A stretch of 64,000 nt of DNA. Origin: Berkelbacteria bacterium GW2011_GWE1_39_12. GTDB lineage: Bacteria; Patescibacteriota; UBA1384; UBA12157. Of the stretch, positions 19,445-28,168 are shown piece after piece (the first letter of the stretch is position 1; every line of letters starts with the position of its first letter). The notes beneath the pieces are model-generated. The model made no database searches and was not told the origin of the DNA. It saw nothing but the letters and a program-made list of their open reading frames with translations. Both the position numbers and the translations under genes were made by a program. The stretch is taken from positions 140,087-204,086 of the forward strand of contig CP011213.1 in the NCBI GenBank assembly GCA_001029735.1. Direction: 5' to 3'.

Positions 19445-20855
19445 TTGATATTTCACATTCTCTTGTTGGCGTTTTATCATAATCAACATGTAGATACTTT
19501 TTAGCTATTTCTCCGCCAGGGCATTTGAATAAATTATCGTAAACTTCTTTAATAATTGGATTCTCATGCGCTTTACGAATTATTTTACCAGCATCAATTT
19601 TATATAAGGCTTCTCGTCTTTTGTTAATAGTTTCTTTAGTCGCAGGTTTAGGTTGTCCTCCACCTCCAACGCAGCCGCCAGGACACGCCATCACTTCAAT
19701 ATAATGGTAAACTTCGCCATTTTCTATCTCTTCGATTATTTTTTCAGCGTTTTTTAAACCGGCCGTGACGGCAATCTTAATTTGTTTACCATCTATATTC
19801 AGGGTCGCCTTTTTAATGCCTTCCATGCCACGAAATTCTTCATATTCGATCTTGTCCAAGTCCTGATTATATAATGACGCTAAAGTTCTGACGGCCGATT
19901 CCATTACACCACCAGAAGCACCATAAATCGCTCCGGCGCCGGAGGCTTCACCCAATGGAGCATCAAATTTTTCGGACTCTAAATTAGGCAAATCAATATT
20001 AGCCGCCTTTACCATTTTGATAAATTCCCGAGTGGTCAAAACGAAATCAACATCCCATTGACCCGACGCATCCTCACCACTTCTTCGACTTTCGAATTTT
20101 TTCGCAATACAAGGCATAATGGAAACAACTACAATATTTTTCGGATCAAGATTTAGTTTTTGCGCAAAATAAGTTTTAGTCACAACAGCTAAACATTCTT
20201 GAGGTGATCGCACTGTTGTTAAACTCTCCATTAATTCTGGGTGGAAATCTTCAATAAACTTAACGCGCGAAGGACAGCACGACGTAAACATCGGCGTTTT
20301 GTTATTTTCTATTCTTTCTTTGAGATCATATGCCTCTTCGTAGGTGGTAAAATCTGCACCTAGATTAACGTCGAAAACATATTTAAAACCAAGTTTTTTT
20401 AGAGCAGAAATCATTTGACCTTCAAGAATTTCATCCGGTTCCTTACCGAAGGAATCACCCAAAGAAACACGTAGAGACGGCGCAATTTGCGCAATCACAA
20501 TTTTACTTTCGTCAGAAATAGCTGATTTGACTGGCTCAATATCTTCTTTTTCCGCCAAGCAACCAGTTGGACAAGCTAGGATACATTGACCACAGCGAGT
20601 ACATTTAGAATCTTTAAAATCCATCTTGCCATCAGGCCTAAAATATAAGCACCCTTCAACTTCCGTTTGCACCGGAATTCCTAGGCCGTTATTTTCTAAA
20701 CAAGCCGTTCTACAGATTCCACAACCAATACATTTTTCTTCATCGCGAGTAATCGCCAAATCACTCATATCTTTATAAGGTTTACCTTTTTTATTCTCTA
20801 CAATTGATTGATGTGGATTTACGGTAAAATTTTTACCGTTGATTTCTATTTCCAT
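19431..20855 (-). CDS. hydA: [FeFe]-hydrogenase catalytic subunit with N-terminal ferredoxin-like 4Fe-4S domains.
   Basis: Two 4Fe-4S motifs are present (CIGCGICRTAC and CTRCGQCILACP). The H-cluster signatures are L1 TSCCPSRV, L2 MPCIAKKFE and L3 EVMACPGGCVGGGGQP. Confidence 0.9.
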   Translation of the reverse strand: MEIEINGKNFTVNPHQSIVENKKGKPYKDMSDLAITRDEEKCIGCGICRTACLENNGLGIPVQTEVEGCLYFRPDGKMDFKDSKCTRCGQCILACPTGCLAEKEDIEPVKSAISDESKIVIAQIAPSLRVSLGDSFGKEPDEILEGQMISALKKLGFKYVFDVNLGADFTTYEEAYDLKERIENNKTPMFTSCCPSRVKFIEDFHPELMESLTTVRSPQECLAVVTKTYFAQKLNLDPKNIVVVSIMPCIAKKFESRRSGEDASGQWDVDFVLTTREFIKMVKAANIDLPNLESEKFDAPLGEASGAGAIYGASGGVMESAVRTLASLYNQDLDKIEYEEFRGMEGIKKATLNIDGKQIKIAVTAGLKNAEKIIEEIENGEVYHYIEVMACPGGCVGGGGQPKPATKETINKRREALYKIDAGKIIRKAHENPIIKEVYDNLFKCPGGEIAKKYLHVDYDKTPTRECEISNDAK

Positions 20856-20880
20856 TAAAACCTTTCATGAGTCTTTTTGT

Positions 20881-21078
20881 TTAATCTTTGGTTGAAAGTC
20901 GGTAGAACCATATCGCTGCAGCTGCCATTAAAATAAGTCCAATGATAACGATTATGGAAAATTTTGAGCTGAACGGATTTAGCGTATCGGCAGATGCACT
21001 AATACTTTTGATCGACATTAAAACAACGCCAAACAAAGCTACCACAGAAGCAGAAATAAATTGGGTACTTTTTTTCAA
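20881..21078 (-). CDS. Small membrane protein, 65 aa.
   Basis: Two hydrophobic helices are predicted. Confidence 0.35.
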   Translation of the reverse strand: MKKSTQFISASVVALFGVVLMSIKSISASADTLNPFSSKFSIIVIIGLILMAAAAIWFYRLSTKD

Positions 21079-21114
21079 AACCTCTCCTTATTTTTCAAAA
21101 TTCAACAATATTAT

Positions 21115-21528
21115 TTATTTGTGAGAATCTAAAAACGATTTAAGCTTTTCGGCAGTTTGGAAGCCCTCCAAACGATCACCGTTTTTAGCAATAAAACTAG
21201 GTGTACCGGAAACATTAAACTCTTTCCACCAGCCTTGATTTTCCGGATGATTCGAACCGACATTCATTGCCTTAACGCGATACCCTTGATCACCGAGCTC
21301 TTTTAGAACAGCTTGTTCTTTAATACACCAACTGCAATTATCCTGATAAAACTCCATAACATTGGCGTTGTCATCGTAATATGGCTGATTATCAAGATCA
21401 ACGCTTCCGACTGTTTGTGGACCGGCTGCTGTTGGATTATTATTATTAGTTTTAAAACCCCAAATTCCCAACGCAGCAATAGTGACGATTACAACAATCA
21501 AGCCTAAAATCCAGCGATTATTTTTCAT
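21115..21528 (-). CDS. Membrane-anchored thioredoxin-fold protein with a CxxC motif (thiol:disulfide oxidoreductase-like).
   Basis: A transmembrane helix (WILGLIVVIVTIAALGIW) is followed by a thioredoxin fold with DNCSWCIKE. The start is taken at the internal Met to avoid a 40 nt overlap with gap. Confidence 0.65.
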   Translation of the reverse strand: MKNNRWILGLIVVIVTIAALGIWGFKTNNNNPTAAGPQTVGSVDLDNQPYYDDNANVMEFYQDNCSWCIKEQAVLKELGDQGYRVKAMNVGSNHPENQGWWKEFNVSGTPSFIAKNGDRLEGFQTAEKLKSFLDSHK

Positions 21529-21581
21529 ATTTCTCCTTGAAAATCCGCGCAAATCTATTTGCCATCTTTTATTACCTTTCT

Positions 21582-22598
21582 CTATTTTTCTTGAGTTATA
21601 AGTTTTTCTATGAAGCGACAAAACTCTGCTAGTCTGTAAGAATAGCCAAGCTCATTATCATACCAAGCCAACACTTTTACAAGGTTTCCGCCAACAACTT
21701 GTGTCGAAAGGAGATCAATGATCGAAGCATTAGGGTTCCCTCTGAAATCAACTGAAACTAGCGGCTCATTGCAAACAGATAGAGCGCCGGCAAATTTCGG
21801 GTCGTTGGCTGCATCAATAAATGCCTGATTTACTTTTTGTTCAGTAGTTTCTTTTTTTAAAACGGCAACAAAATCAACCAAAGAGACAGTCGATGTTGGC
21901 ACTCGGAATGAAACTCCTGCCATTTTGTCTTTAAGCTCTGGAATCACTTCGGCCGTTGCTTTTGTTGCACCAGTGGTGGTCGGAATAATCGATTGCGAAG
22001 CCGCACGAGCTCGACGCAAGTCTTTATGCGGACTGTCTTGCAAAACCTGATCCATTGTATATGAGTGAATGGTGCTCATCATAGCTTTTTCGATTCCAAA
22101 GTTATCATTCAAAACTTTAGCCATCGGTGTCAAAGCATTTGTTGTACAAGACGCCATCGAACAAACATCATCTTCTTCAAGATTGAATTTTTCTTCGTTA
22201 ACACCTAAAACAAATGTTTTTATTGGATCTTCACCTTTTGATGGTGCCGAAATAATAACATGTTTTGCTCCGGCCCGGATATGTTTTCTGGCCTTACTTT
22301 TTTCCGTAAAGGCACCTGTAGATTCGATAACCACATCAATATCTAAATCTCTCCAAGGTAATTTTTCCGGGTCTTCTTCGGATAGGAATTTAATCATTTT
22401 GCCATCGACGGTTATATAGCCGTCTTCAATATCAACTTGGCCGGGAAATTCACCGTAGGTTGAATCATATTTAAGTAAATGACCTAAAGTTGCGACATCA
22501 CCTAAATCATTTATTGCGACAATATCCAGCTTAGCATCGTAGGCAGCTCGAAAAAAAGTACGACCGATTCGTCCAAAGCCATTAATTGCAATTTTCAT
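21582..22598 (-). CDS. gap: Glyceraldehyde-3-phosphate dehydrogenase.
   Basis: MKIAINGFGRIGR NAD-binding motif and the ASCTTNAL active-site Cys motif; 338 aa. Confidence 0.95.
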   Translation of the reverse strand: MKIAINGFGRIGRTFFRAAYDAKLDIVAINDLGDVATLGHLLKYDSTYGEFPGQVDIEDGYITVDGKMIKFLSEEDPEKLPWRDLDIDVVIESTGAFTEKSKARKHIRAGAKHVIISAPSKGEDPIKTFVLGVNEEKFNLEEDDVCSMASCTTNALTPMAKVLNDNFGIEKAMMSTIHSYTMDQVLQDSPHKDLRRARAASQSIIPTTTGATKATAEVIPELKDKMAGVSFRVPTSTVSLVDFVAVLKKETTEQKVNQAFIDAANDPKFAGALSVCNEPLVSVDFRGNPNASIIDLLSTQVVGGNLVKVLAWYDNELGYSYRLAEFCRFIEKLITQEK

Positions 22599-22661
22599 GT
22601 CATCTCCTTTTATAAATTAGTATTTTAATACTTCCATAAAAACAATCCTTTCGCAAGTAAT

Positions 22662-24221
22662 TTAACCAATGTCCATATCGGAAACATCTTCATTTGTCCT
22701 TGGACGATTAAGCTGCATCTCCTTTATACTAAGATTGGCAGGCCCGTTATTTACTTCTACGACCGGTGGCACGGGCGTTTGATTGATTGGGACTTGTGGT
22801 GGCGGAGCGTTAACAGAAGCTTGCTCTGGTATTTGCACAATTGGTTTCGCTGGTAAATCAGAAGGGATCTCTGATATCGTTTCCGCGTTTGATTTAAAAG
22901 TAAAAACCCCTCGATAGCGGTAAATTAAAAAAGCTATCACTAATATACCCATGGTAATCATGCTCCAAAGCGATATCTGCTGCAAAAGGCTCTTTTTGGT
23001 TTCTGTAGTCGGAGTATCAAAAGTGGTAGTAGTGTCGCCTGTTGTATCAAGTTTATTACCCGTTATTGTCTGGTTTTTTGTCGTCGTCGGTATAGAACTA
23101 ACCGTTCCGGTTTTTGGAGTCTTTGTCGTGGTTGTAGCTTTACTAGGAGTTGTAGTATTGCCGGTTTTACTAGTAATTGAACCAGTCCCTGTGTCTTCAG
23201 TTGATCCTCCGCTAGTATCACCACTTCCCGTGTCTCCGTCGTTCGTATCACTGCCGTTCGTATCACCATCACTTGTGTCTCCGTCGTTCGTATCACTGCC
23301 GTTCGTATCACCATCACTTGTGTCTCCATCGTTCGTATCACTGTTGTTCGTATCACCATCACTAGTATCGCCACCCCCCGTGTCGCCTCCGCTAGTATCT
23401 CCGTCGTCTGTAGCTACAGGCGACAAACTTAAACTAGCCGTATTACTATTACCACAGGTATCAGTTATAGTTTTACTCCCGCTGTTATAGTCACCTTTTG
23501 TCATAGAAACGGCATAAGAACTGTTATTTGAAAGAAACGGCACAGTTATTTGATAGCGACCACTGTTATCGGTTGCAACAGAATAACCTCGAAGAGAAAC
23601 TGTAGCACCGGAAATTGCAGCGCCGGTTTTCTGATCAGTAACAGTGCCACTAAGACTAAAGGTAGCCTGAGTTGCTCTAATTCTGAAATCATGAATTGTC
23701 TGGTTAGCATTAAGGATAATTTGTGTTTGAACTGCTGTTTTCTGCGAGTTACATGCTGATTTGAAATCTGATTCACTGCCAAAAACCGGATTGGTGAATT
23801 TAATATCCGTCGGCGAGCTTGCGTATTGATATTTAAGAGAAGACACACTCCCAGCGGTCGGTTTTACAGAACCAATGGCCGAATTGTTGGCTCCATAGAG
23901 AACAGCCGTTGTAAGCACACCCGAACCGAACGCAGAAACTGATACATCATTGTTGTTGGGATTAAACGTCAAGCGTAACGTCGACTTGGCTGAATACCAA
24001 TCATTTAAAACACCCCAAGTAATTTGATGCGAGGCACTGCTAACTGGAGTAAATTTAGACTCTTCCCAAACTCCAGGTGTAAAGCTATCAGCTTTTATTT
24101 TATTTGTAGAAATTTGATAATAATAAGCACCGCCAGCAAGTCCAATAACAAGAAAGGCGATAACAACAAATAAGAGAGTCTTTTTTTTTATCAAGAAAAC
24201 CTCAAACTTTCTGCCGGCCAA
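22662..24221 (-). CDS. Cell-surface protein, 519 aa, with a carboxypeptidase-regulatory-like beta-sandwich domain, an acidic GDTxDGDTNxSDTND repeat region, a Thr/Pro-rich stalk and a C-terminal transmembrane anchor.
   Basis: An N-terminal signal anchor is present. SGTVTDQKTGAAISGATVSLRGYS resembles a CarboxypepD_reg domain. The Asp-rich repeats are encoded by the 45 bp tandem repeat. The C-terminal anchor is MITMGILVIAFLIY followed by a basic tail. Confidence 0.75.
   Translation of the reverse strand: MAGRKFEVFLIKKKTLLFVVIAFLVIGLAGGAYYYQISTNKIKADSFTPGVWEESKFTPVSSASHQITWGVLNDWYSAKSTLRLTFNPNNNDVSVSAFGSGVLTTAVLYGANNSAIGSVKPTAGSVSSLKYQYASSPTDIKFTNPVFGSESDFKSACNSQKTAVQTQIILNANQTIHDFRIRATQATFSLSGTVTDQKTGAAISGATVSLRGYSVATDNSGRYQITVPFLSNNSSYAVSMTKGDYNSGSKTITDTCGNSNTASLSLSPVATDDGDTSGGDTGGGDTSDGDTNNSDTNDGDTSDGDTNGSDTNDGDTSDGDTNGSDTNDGDTGSGDTSGGSTEDTGTGSITSKTGNTTTPSKATTTTKTPKTGTVSSIPTTTKNQTITGNKLDTTGDTTTTFDTPTTETKKSLLQQISLWSMITMGILVIAFLIYRYRGVFTFKSNAETISEIPSDLPAKPIVQIPEQASVNAPPPQVPINQTPVPPVVEVNNGPANLSIKEMQLNRPRTNEDVSDMDIG
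23232..23366. repeat. 45 bp tandem repeat, 3 copies, in-frame inside ORF 22662..24221.
   Basis: GTCTCCGTCGTTCGTATCACTGCCGTTCGTATCACCATCACTTGT is repeated with 1-3 substitutions. It encodes the (T)SDGDTNGSDTNDGD units. Confidence 0.8.
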
Positions 24222-25201
24222 CGATATTCGTCGACCCTTAGTTTAATTTGATTATTAGAAAGCAATCCTTGTTGCGCACCAAATTTGCCTACAACGGACG
24301 CCGAATTTGTTACTCCCCATTTTAGACAAGTGATTAGTTCCTCACCTTTAATTTTGGCTGCCAAAAAGCCAGCAGCAAAAGAGTCCCCTGCCCCAGTCGA
24401 TTCAACTCGTGAGCCGGGATAAATCCCGACCTTAATAAATTCGCCTTGTTCAAAAACGTAAGCTCCCTCTTTTCCATCGGTAATTACTACAGTTTTTGGA
24501 CCATATTGATGTATGTTTTTAGCAATTTGCTTTACCGTATCGTAAGGATGGCCATCGACAAGCATTCTTGCTTCTTCCTTATTAATAAATAAAATCTCCG
24601 TCACAGATAATAAGCCTAAAACTTTTTGCAAGCCATCGTGAAGCTGTACAGAACCTGGGTTCCAGGCAATTTTAATGTTTTTTTCTGCTGCCAAAGACGT
24701 CATTTTGGAAAATAAAGACTGATACCCTTCCCCCATTGGGCTAACATAAAGCCATTCGGAATCTAAATTCTTCGGTAAATCAAAATCTTGCGGTTCGAAT
24801 GCATGATAAACCAAAATCGAACGCTCTCCTTTAAAAGAAATGATGACTGAAAAGCTGGATTTATTTTTATTTTTTGATTTGAAATTTTCTGTATTAACTT
24901 TTGAATTGATTAGTCTCTCAAAAATTTCTTGACCATCATCATCTTTTCCGTATGCACCAATGAGAGCTGATTTTATGCCAAGTTTAGAAAGACCCACGGC
25001 GACATTGCATGCAGTTCCACCAATATCATCGAAACTATCCGATATGGTGATTTTATCGCCATATCCCAAAACCAAAAATTTCTCATCGGTTTGGCGATAA
25101 TGTAGATCGGCACCGGAAACCGGTTTTTTCATCTCGTCAATAGCTGGAAAAACGAAAATATCTTTCATTGCATCGCCAATTGTTGTGACTTGGTTTTTCA
25201 T
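24191..25201 (-). CDS. PfkB-family carbohydrate kinase (ribokinase-like fold).
   Basis: The GAGDSFAAGFLA anion-hole/catalytic-Asp motif and an N-terminal substrate lid are present. The gene sits between gap and fba. Confidence 0.85.
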   Translation of the reverse strand: MKNQVTTIGDAMKDIFVFPAIDEMKKPVSGADLHYRQTDEKFLVLGYGDKITISDSFDDIGGTACNVAVGLSKLGIKSALIGAYGKDDDGQEIFERLINSKVNTENFKSKNKNKSSFSVIISFKGERSILVYHAFEPQDFDLPKNLDSEWLYVSPMGEGYQSLFSKMTSLAAEKNIKIAWNPGSVQLHDGLQKVLGLLSVTEILFINKEEARMLVDGHPYDTVKQIAKNIHQYGPKTVVITDGKEGAYVFEQGEFIKVGIYPGSRVESTGAGDSFAAGFLAAKIKGEELITCLKWGVTNSASVVGKFGAQQGLLSNNQIKLRVDEYRWPAESLRFS

Positions 25202-25203
25202 AA

Positions 25204-25515
25204 TTAACTACCGAAGACCATAGAATATATTTTTAACATCGTTATCATGGAAACAGTCAGATATTGCAAAATTGGTAATAAAATAAGAGAAACGACCAAA
25301 CCAACGGACATTTTTTGTTCTTTAAATTTTCCTGCTGAAATTAATATTAAAATAATTATAGAAAATACTGCAGAAAAAATTACGCCCAAAATCGTGACGG
25401 ACGAAACTGTACCGGCAGGATTTCTAAATAATATAAATAAATTAATAATAAGAATTATTAAATTAACCAAAAATGTTGATAAATAAATTTTCTTTATACT
25501 GTTCATATTTTTCAT
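25204..25515 (-). CDS. Small polytopic membrane protein, 103 aa.
   Basis: Three hydrophobic helices are predicted, and the ORF overlaps fba by 4 nt. Confidence 0.45.
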   Translation of the reverse strand: MKNMNSIKKIYLSTFLVNLIILIINLFILFRNPAGTVSSVTILGVIFSAVFSIIILILISAGKFKEQKMSVGLVVSLILLPILQYLTVSMITMLKIYSMVFGS

Positions 25516-26339
25516 GCTTTATCCTTGCTGCCAAAAGTTTCGATTTTTCCTTCAATTAGTTTTTGAATATCTTTCATTACTTGCGCCATAATATCTCGAG
25601 GGTCATCCAGATTTTTCTTTGCCATTTCGCGAATAGTCTCGGCAAAAGTATGACGAATATCAGTATCGATATTGATTTTACAAATGCCATTAGCAACAAC
25701 TGATTTAATATCCTCATCTGAGACATCGGAAGCGCCATGCAACACTAATGGCACTGAAGTTTTTCGGCGGATTTTTTTGAGCAAATCAATTTTAGGCTTG
25801 TCGGTGTGACCCACAATAACACCATGAGCAGTACCAATTGCTGTCGCTAAAAAATCAACTCCGGTCTTTTTGACAAACTCAGCCACTTCACTTGGATCTG
25901 TAAAGCTTTCTTCCTCGCCAACTTTCCGTACTGCACCAAGTTCGGCTTCACAAGGAATACCAGCACGATGCGACATTTCTACTGCTTGGCGCGTAAAAAT
26001 AATATTTTCGGCTAAAGGTAGTCTGGACCCATCAAACATAACTGAAGTATAACCGGCTTTAATACATTCTGATATAACTTCCAACTTACTACCATGATCC
26101 AAATGCAATGCCACTGGCACTTTCGATTTTTTAGCCTCCACTTTCACGATTGCCGTAATTTCTTCTAAACCTGCATAAGCAATCGCTTTTTCTGAGGTTT
26201 GAATAATAACAGGTGATTTCATTTTTTCTGCAGCCCAAATAATGGCCTTGGTGATTTCCATATCAGAAGTATTAAAAGCCCCGATAGCGTATTTGCCGCG
26301 CTGCGCGTCTAGAATAATTTGTTTTGAAGTAACCAACAT
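25512..26339 (-). CDS. fba: Class II fructose-bisphosphate aldolase.
   Basis: The YAIGAFN and HLDHG Zn-binding motifs are present, and the 275 aa length is typical of class IIB FBA. Confidence 0.9.
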   Translation of the reverse strand: MLVTSKQIILDAQRGKYAIGAFNTSDMEITKAIIWAAEKMKSPVIIQTSEKAIAYAGLEEITAIVKVEAKKSKVPVALHLDHGSKLEVISECIKAGYTSVMFDGSRLPLAENIIFTRQAVEMSHRAGIPCEAELGAVRKVGEEESFTDPSEVAEFVKKTGVDFLATAIGTAHGVIVGHTDKPKIDLLKKIRRKTSVPLVLHGASDVSDEDIKSVVANGICKINIDTDIRHTFAETIREMAKKNLDDPRDIMAQVMKDIQKLIEGKIETFGSKDKA

Positions 26340-27128
26340 TTATCTTCCCCCTGCCGCTTCGCGGCATATTTTGATAAATTCTTTTGCTTTCAGGGACGCT
26401 CCACCTACCAAAACACCATCTATTTCCGGTTGAAAAACAAATTCCCGTACATTTTCTGAATCAACCGAACCACCATACAAAATATGAATTCTTTCGGAAA
26501 CCGGACCACCGAAAAGATCAGCTAAAATATCTCTTAAATCTTTAATTACTTCTGCAGCGTAACCACCAGTAGCCGCATCCCCTGTGCCGATCGCCCAGAC
26601 CGGTTCATAGGCAATTATGATTTTATCGGCATCATTACGAGAAATATTTTTTAGCGATCCTTTAAGTTGCGAAAAAAGATCATTTTCCGTAACTAATTTA
26701 TTAGGCCGGCCGGGCTTTTTGGCCAACGATCTTTTGTGCTTTTCTCCAACACAAACAATTGGTGTTAGACCGTTTTCTAAAGCTGCGGTAACTTTATCGC
26801 AGATTAAATTATTATCTTCCAAAAAGTTTGAACGTCTCTCACTATGGCCCAAAATAACATATTTTGCCAAAACTTTTACCATATTAGGCGAAACTTCACC
26901 CGTCATGGCACCTTTCTCCGCAAACCACATATTTTGAGCGCCAAGCTTTAAATTGCTTGGACTTTTCTCTAAAATTTCTGCCAAAGGGTACAACCAAATA
27001 AAAGGAGGGCAAAGAATAATCTCCACACCTAAATCCGCTACCGCGTTCTTAACAGAAGTTGCTAAAACTATTGCGTCAGCCAAGTTAGTGTTCATTTTCC
27101 AATTTCCGACAATGATAGGTCTTCGCAT
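26340..27128 (-). CDS. tpiA: Triosephosphate isomerase.
   Basis: The VGNWKMN, GHSERR and AYEPVWAIGTG motifs are present. Confidence 0.95.
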   Translation of the reverse strand: MRRPIIVGNWKMNTNLADAIVLATSVKNAVADLGVEIILCPPFIWLYPLAEILEKSPSNLKLGAQNMWFAEKGAMTGEVSPNMVKVLAKYVILGHSERRSNFLEDNNLICDKVTAALENGLTPIVCVGEKHKRSLAKKPGRPNKLVTENDLFSQLKGSLKNISRNDADKIIIAYEPVWAIGTGDAATGGYAAEVIKDLRDILADLFGGPVSERIHILYGGSVDSENVREFVFQPEIDGVLVGGASLKAKEFIKICREAAGGR

Positions 27129-27216
27129 ATTCCTCCTAATAACATCTTACCGCGAATCTTAAAAAAATTCAAAAACAGCGGGGTTTAAATCCGCTGTTTT
27201 TTTAACATACTTCTTC

Positions 27217-27666
27217 CTAATAACTCATATAACTGTAATTATAATGGGTCAAGCTGTAAATAATCTGTTGGAAAACTGAATTACTAACTACGATACGGAC
27301 CGTATTGCGCGAATTTCCGCCCCGGTAACTGTTCAAATTTACAGTTTCTCTGGTAAGTCTGTTAACCAAAACTATATTTACATTCTGGCTGTATCTATAG
27401 TGATATGGCACGTAGCTGCGCAAGTAAGGATAGTATGTAAAGATGTTACTCCTGAAATAGAAGTGTCTCCTGTCGTATCGGTCACGATCACGGCGACCTC
27501 GGTCTCGGTCTCGGTCTCGGTCTCGATCTCGATCATACCTTCCATCACGATCATTGTAACGATTATCATCTCCTCGGTAATTTTGAGCTTGAGCTGGTGT
27601 AGCAGATAAACCAATGCTGGCTGCCATTACCGCCACCATTAATCCAACTTTTAAGATACTTTTCAT
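27217..27666 (-). CDS. Secreted low-complexity protein with an Arg-Asp dipeptide repeat and a Tyr-rich C-terminus.
   Basis: A signal peptide MKSILKVGLMVAVMAASIGLSATPAQA is present, with GGGAGGTGA 5 nt upstream of this ATG. An (RD)n run is followed by a Y/R/N-rich tail. Confidence 0.6.
   Translation of the reverse strand: MKSILKVGLMVAVMAASIGLSATPAQAQNYRGDDNRYNDRDGRYDRDRDRDRDRDRGRRDRDRYDRRHFYFRSNIFTYYPYLRSYVPYHYRYSQNVNIVLVNRLTRETVNLNSYRGGNSRNTVRIVVSNSVFQQIIYSLTHYNYSYMSY
27499..27534. repeat. Hexanucleotide microsatellite (TCGGTC)4(TCGATC)2 encoding the RD repeats.
   Basis: Six tandem hexamers on the + strand. Changes in copy number would stay in-frame. Confidence 0.85.
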
Positions 27667-27709
27667 TTTTATCACCTCCCTTCTAATGTTTTTCAAGGAT
27701 TACTTACTT

Positions 27710-27997
27710 TTAGTTATTCCAACTCCAATTAATACTGTTCCAATTGTTGTTCCAATTACTATTCCAATTCATAATGCGGTAGCGATGGCAAGAATTGCTG
27801 TAGTTGTGTTGTCTATGCAACTTAAAACACTGGTTGTTTCTGTTCCAATTGAATCTGTGATGACCTTGGTCACAGCAAGAGAAATTGTCGCGGTTATGTG
27901 CTGAAGCAACTTTAACTAGGCCTCCATTAACAAATAGGGCACTTCCCGAGAAAAGAAGAGCAGCTGCCATAAAAATTCCTAAGAAAATTTTTTTCAT
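27710..27997 (-). CDS. Secreted small Cys/His-rich protein with NWN repeats.
   Basis: A signal peptide MKKIFLGIFMAAALLFSGSA is present. Six Cys, many His, and a WNSNWNNNWNSINWSWNN tail follow. Confidence 0.55.
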   Translation of the reverse strand: MKKIFLGIFMAAALLFSGSALFVNGGLVKVASAHNRDNFSCCDQGHHRFNWNRNNQCFKLHRQHNYSNSCHRYRIMNWNSNWNNNWNSINWSWNN

Positions 27998-28168
27998 TTA
28001 TATCACCACCTTTCTGAACCCATAGTAAAACAGACTGATAGAGAATTCTTTATCAATTTAAATTAAAAAGGAAGATAAATTCTAAATTTTTTGGAAATCA
28101 ACAATAATACCGACGATTATATTTTATCGCCAACTTAGAACTTTTTGTTTGTCTTATTTCACAAGCGA

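Noticed and set aside
19445-19489. Extended N-terminus (MLIMIKRQQENVKYQ) of the PNPOx-like ORF.
   Set aside because: It would overlap the hydrogenase gene by 59 nt. The internal Met at 19444 gives a conventional short overlap and a typical domain start.
22951-23848. + strand ORF of 179 aa, plus minus-strand ORFs 23063..23374 and 23546..23848.
   Set aside because: They are antisense to, or out of frame within, the Asp-rich tandem-repeat region of the 519 aa surface protein. Their periodic Val/Ser-rich translations are repeat artefacts.
23232-27534. Tandem repeats at 23232..23366 and 27499..27534 as possible CRISPR or non-coding satellite arrays.
   Set aside because: Both are in-frame coding repeats, Asp-rich and Arg-Asp respectively, inside secreted-protein genes. 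They have no spacer structure.
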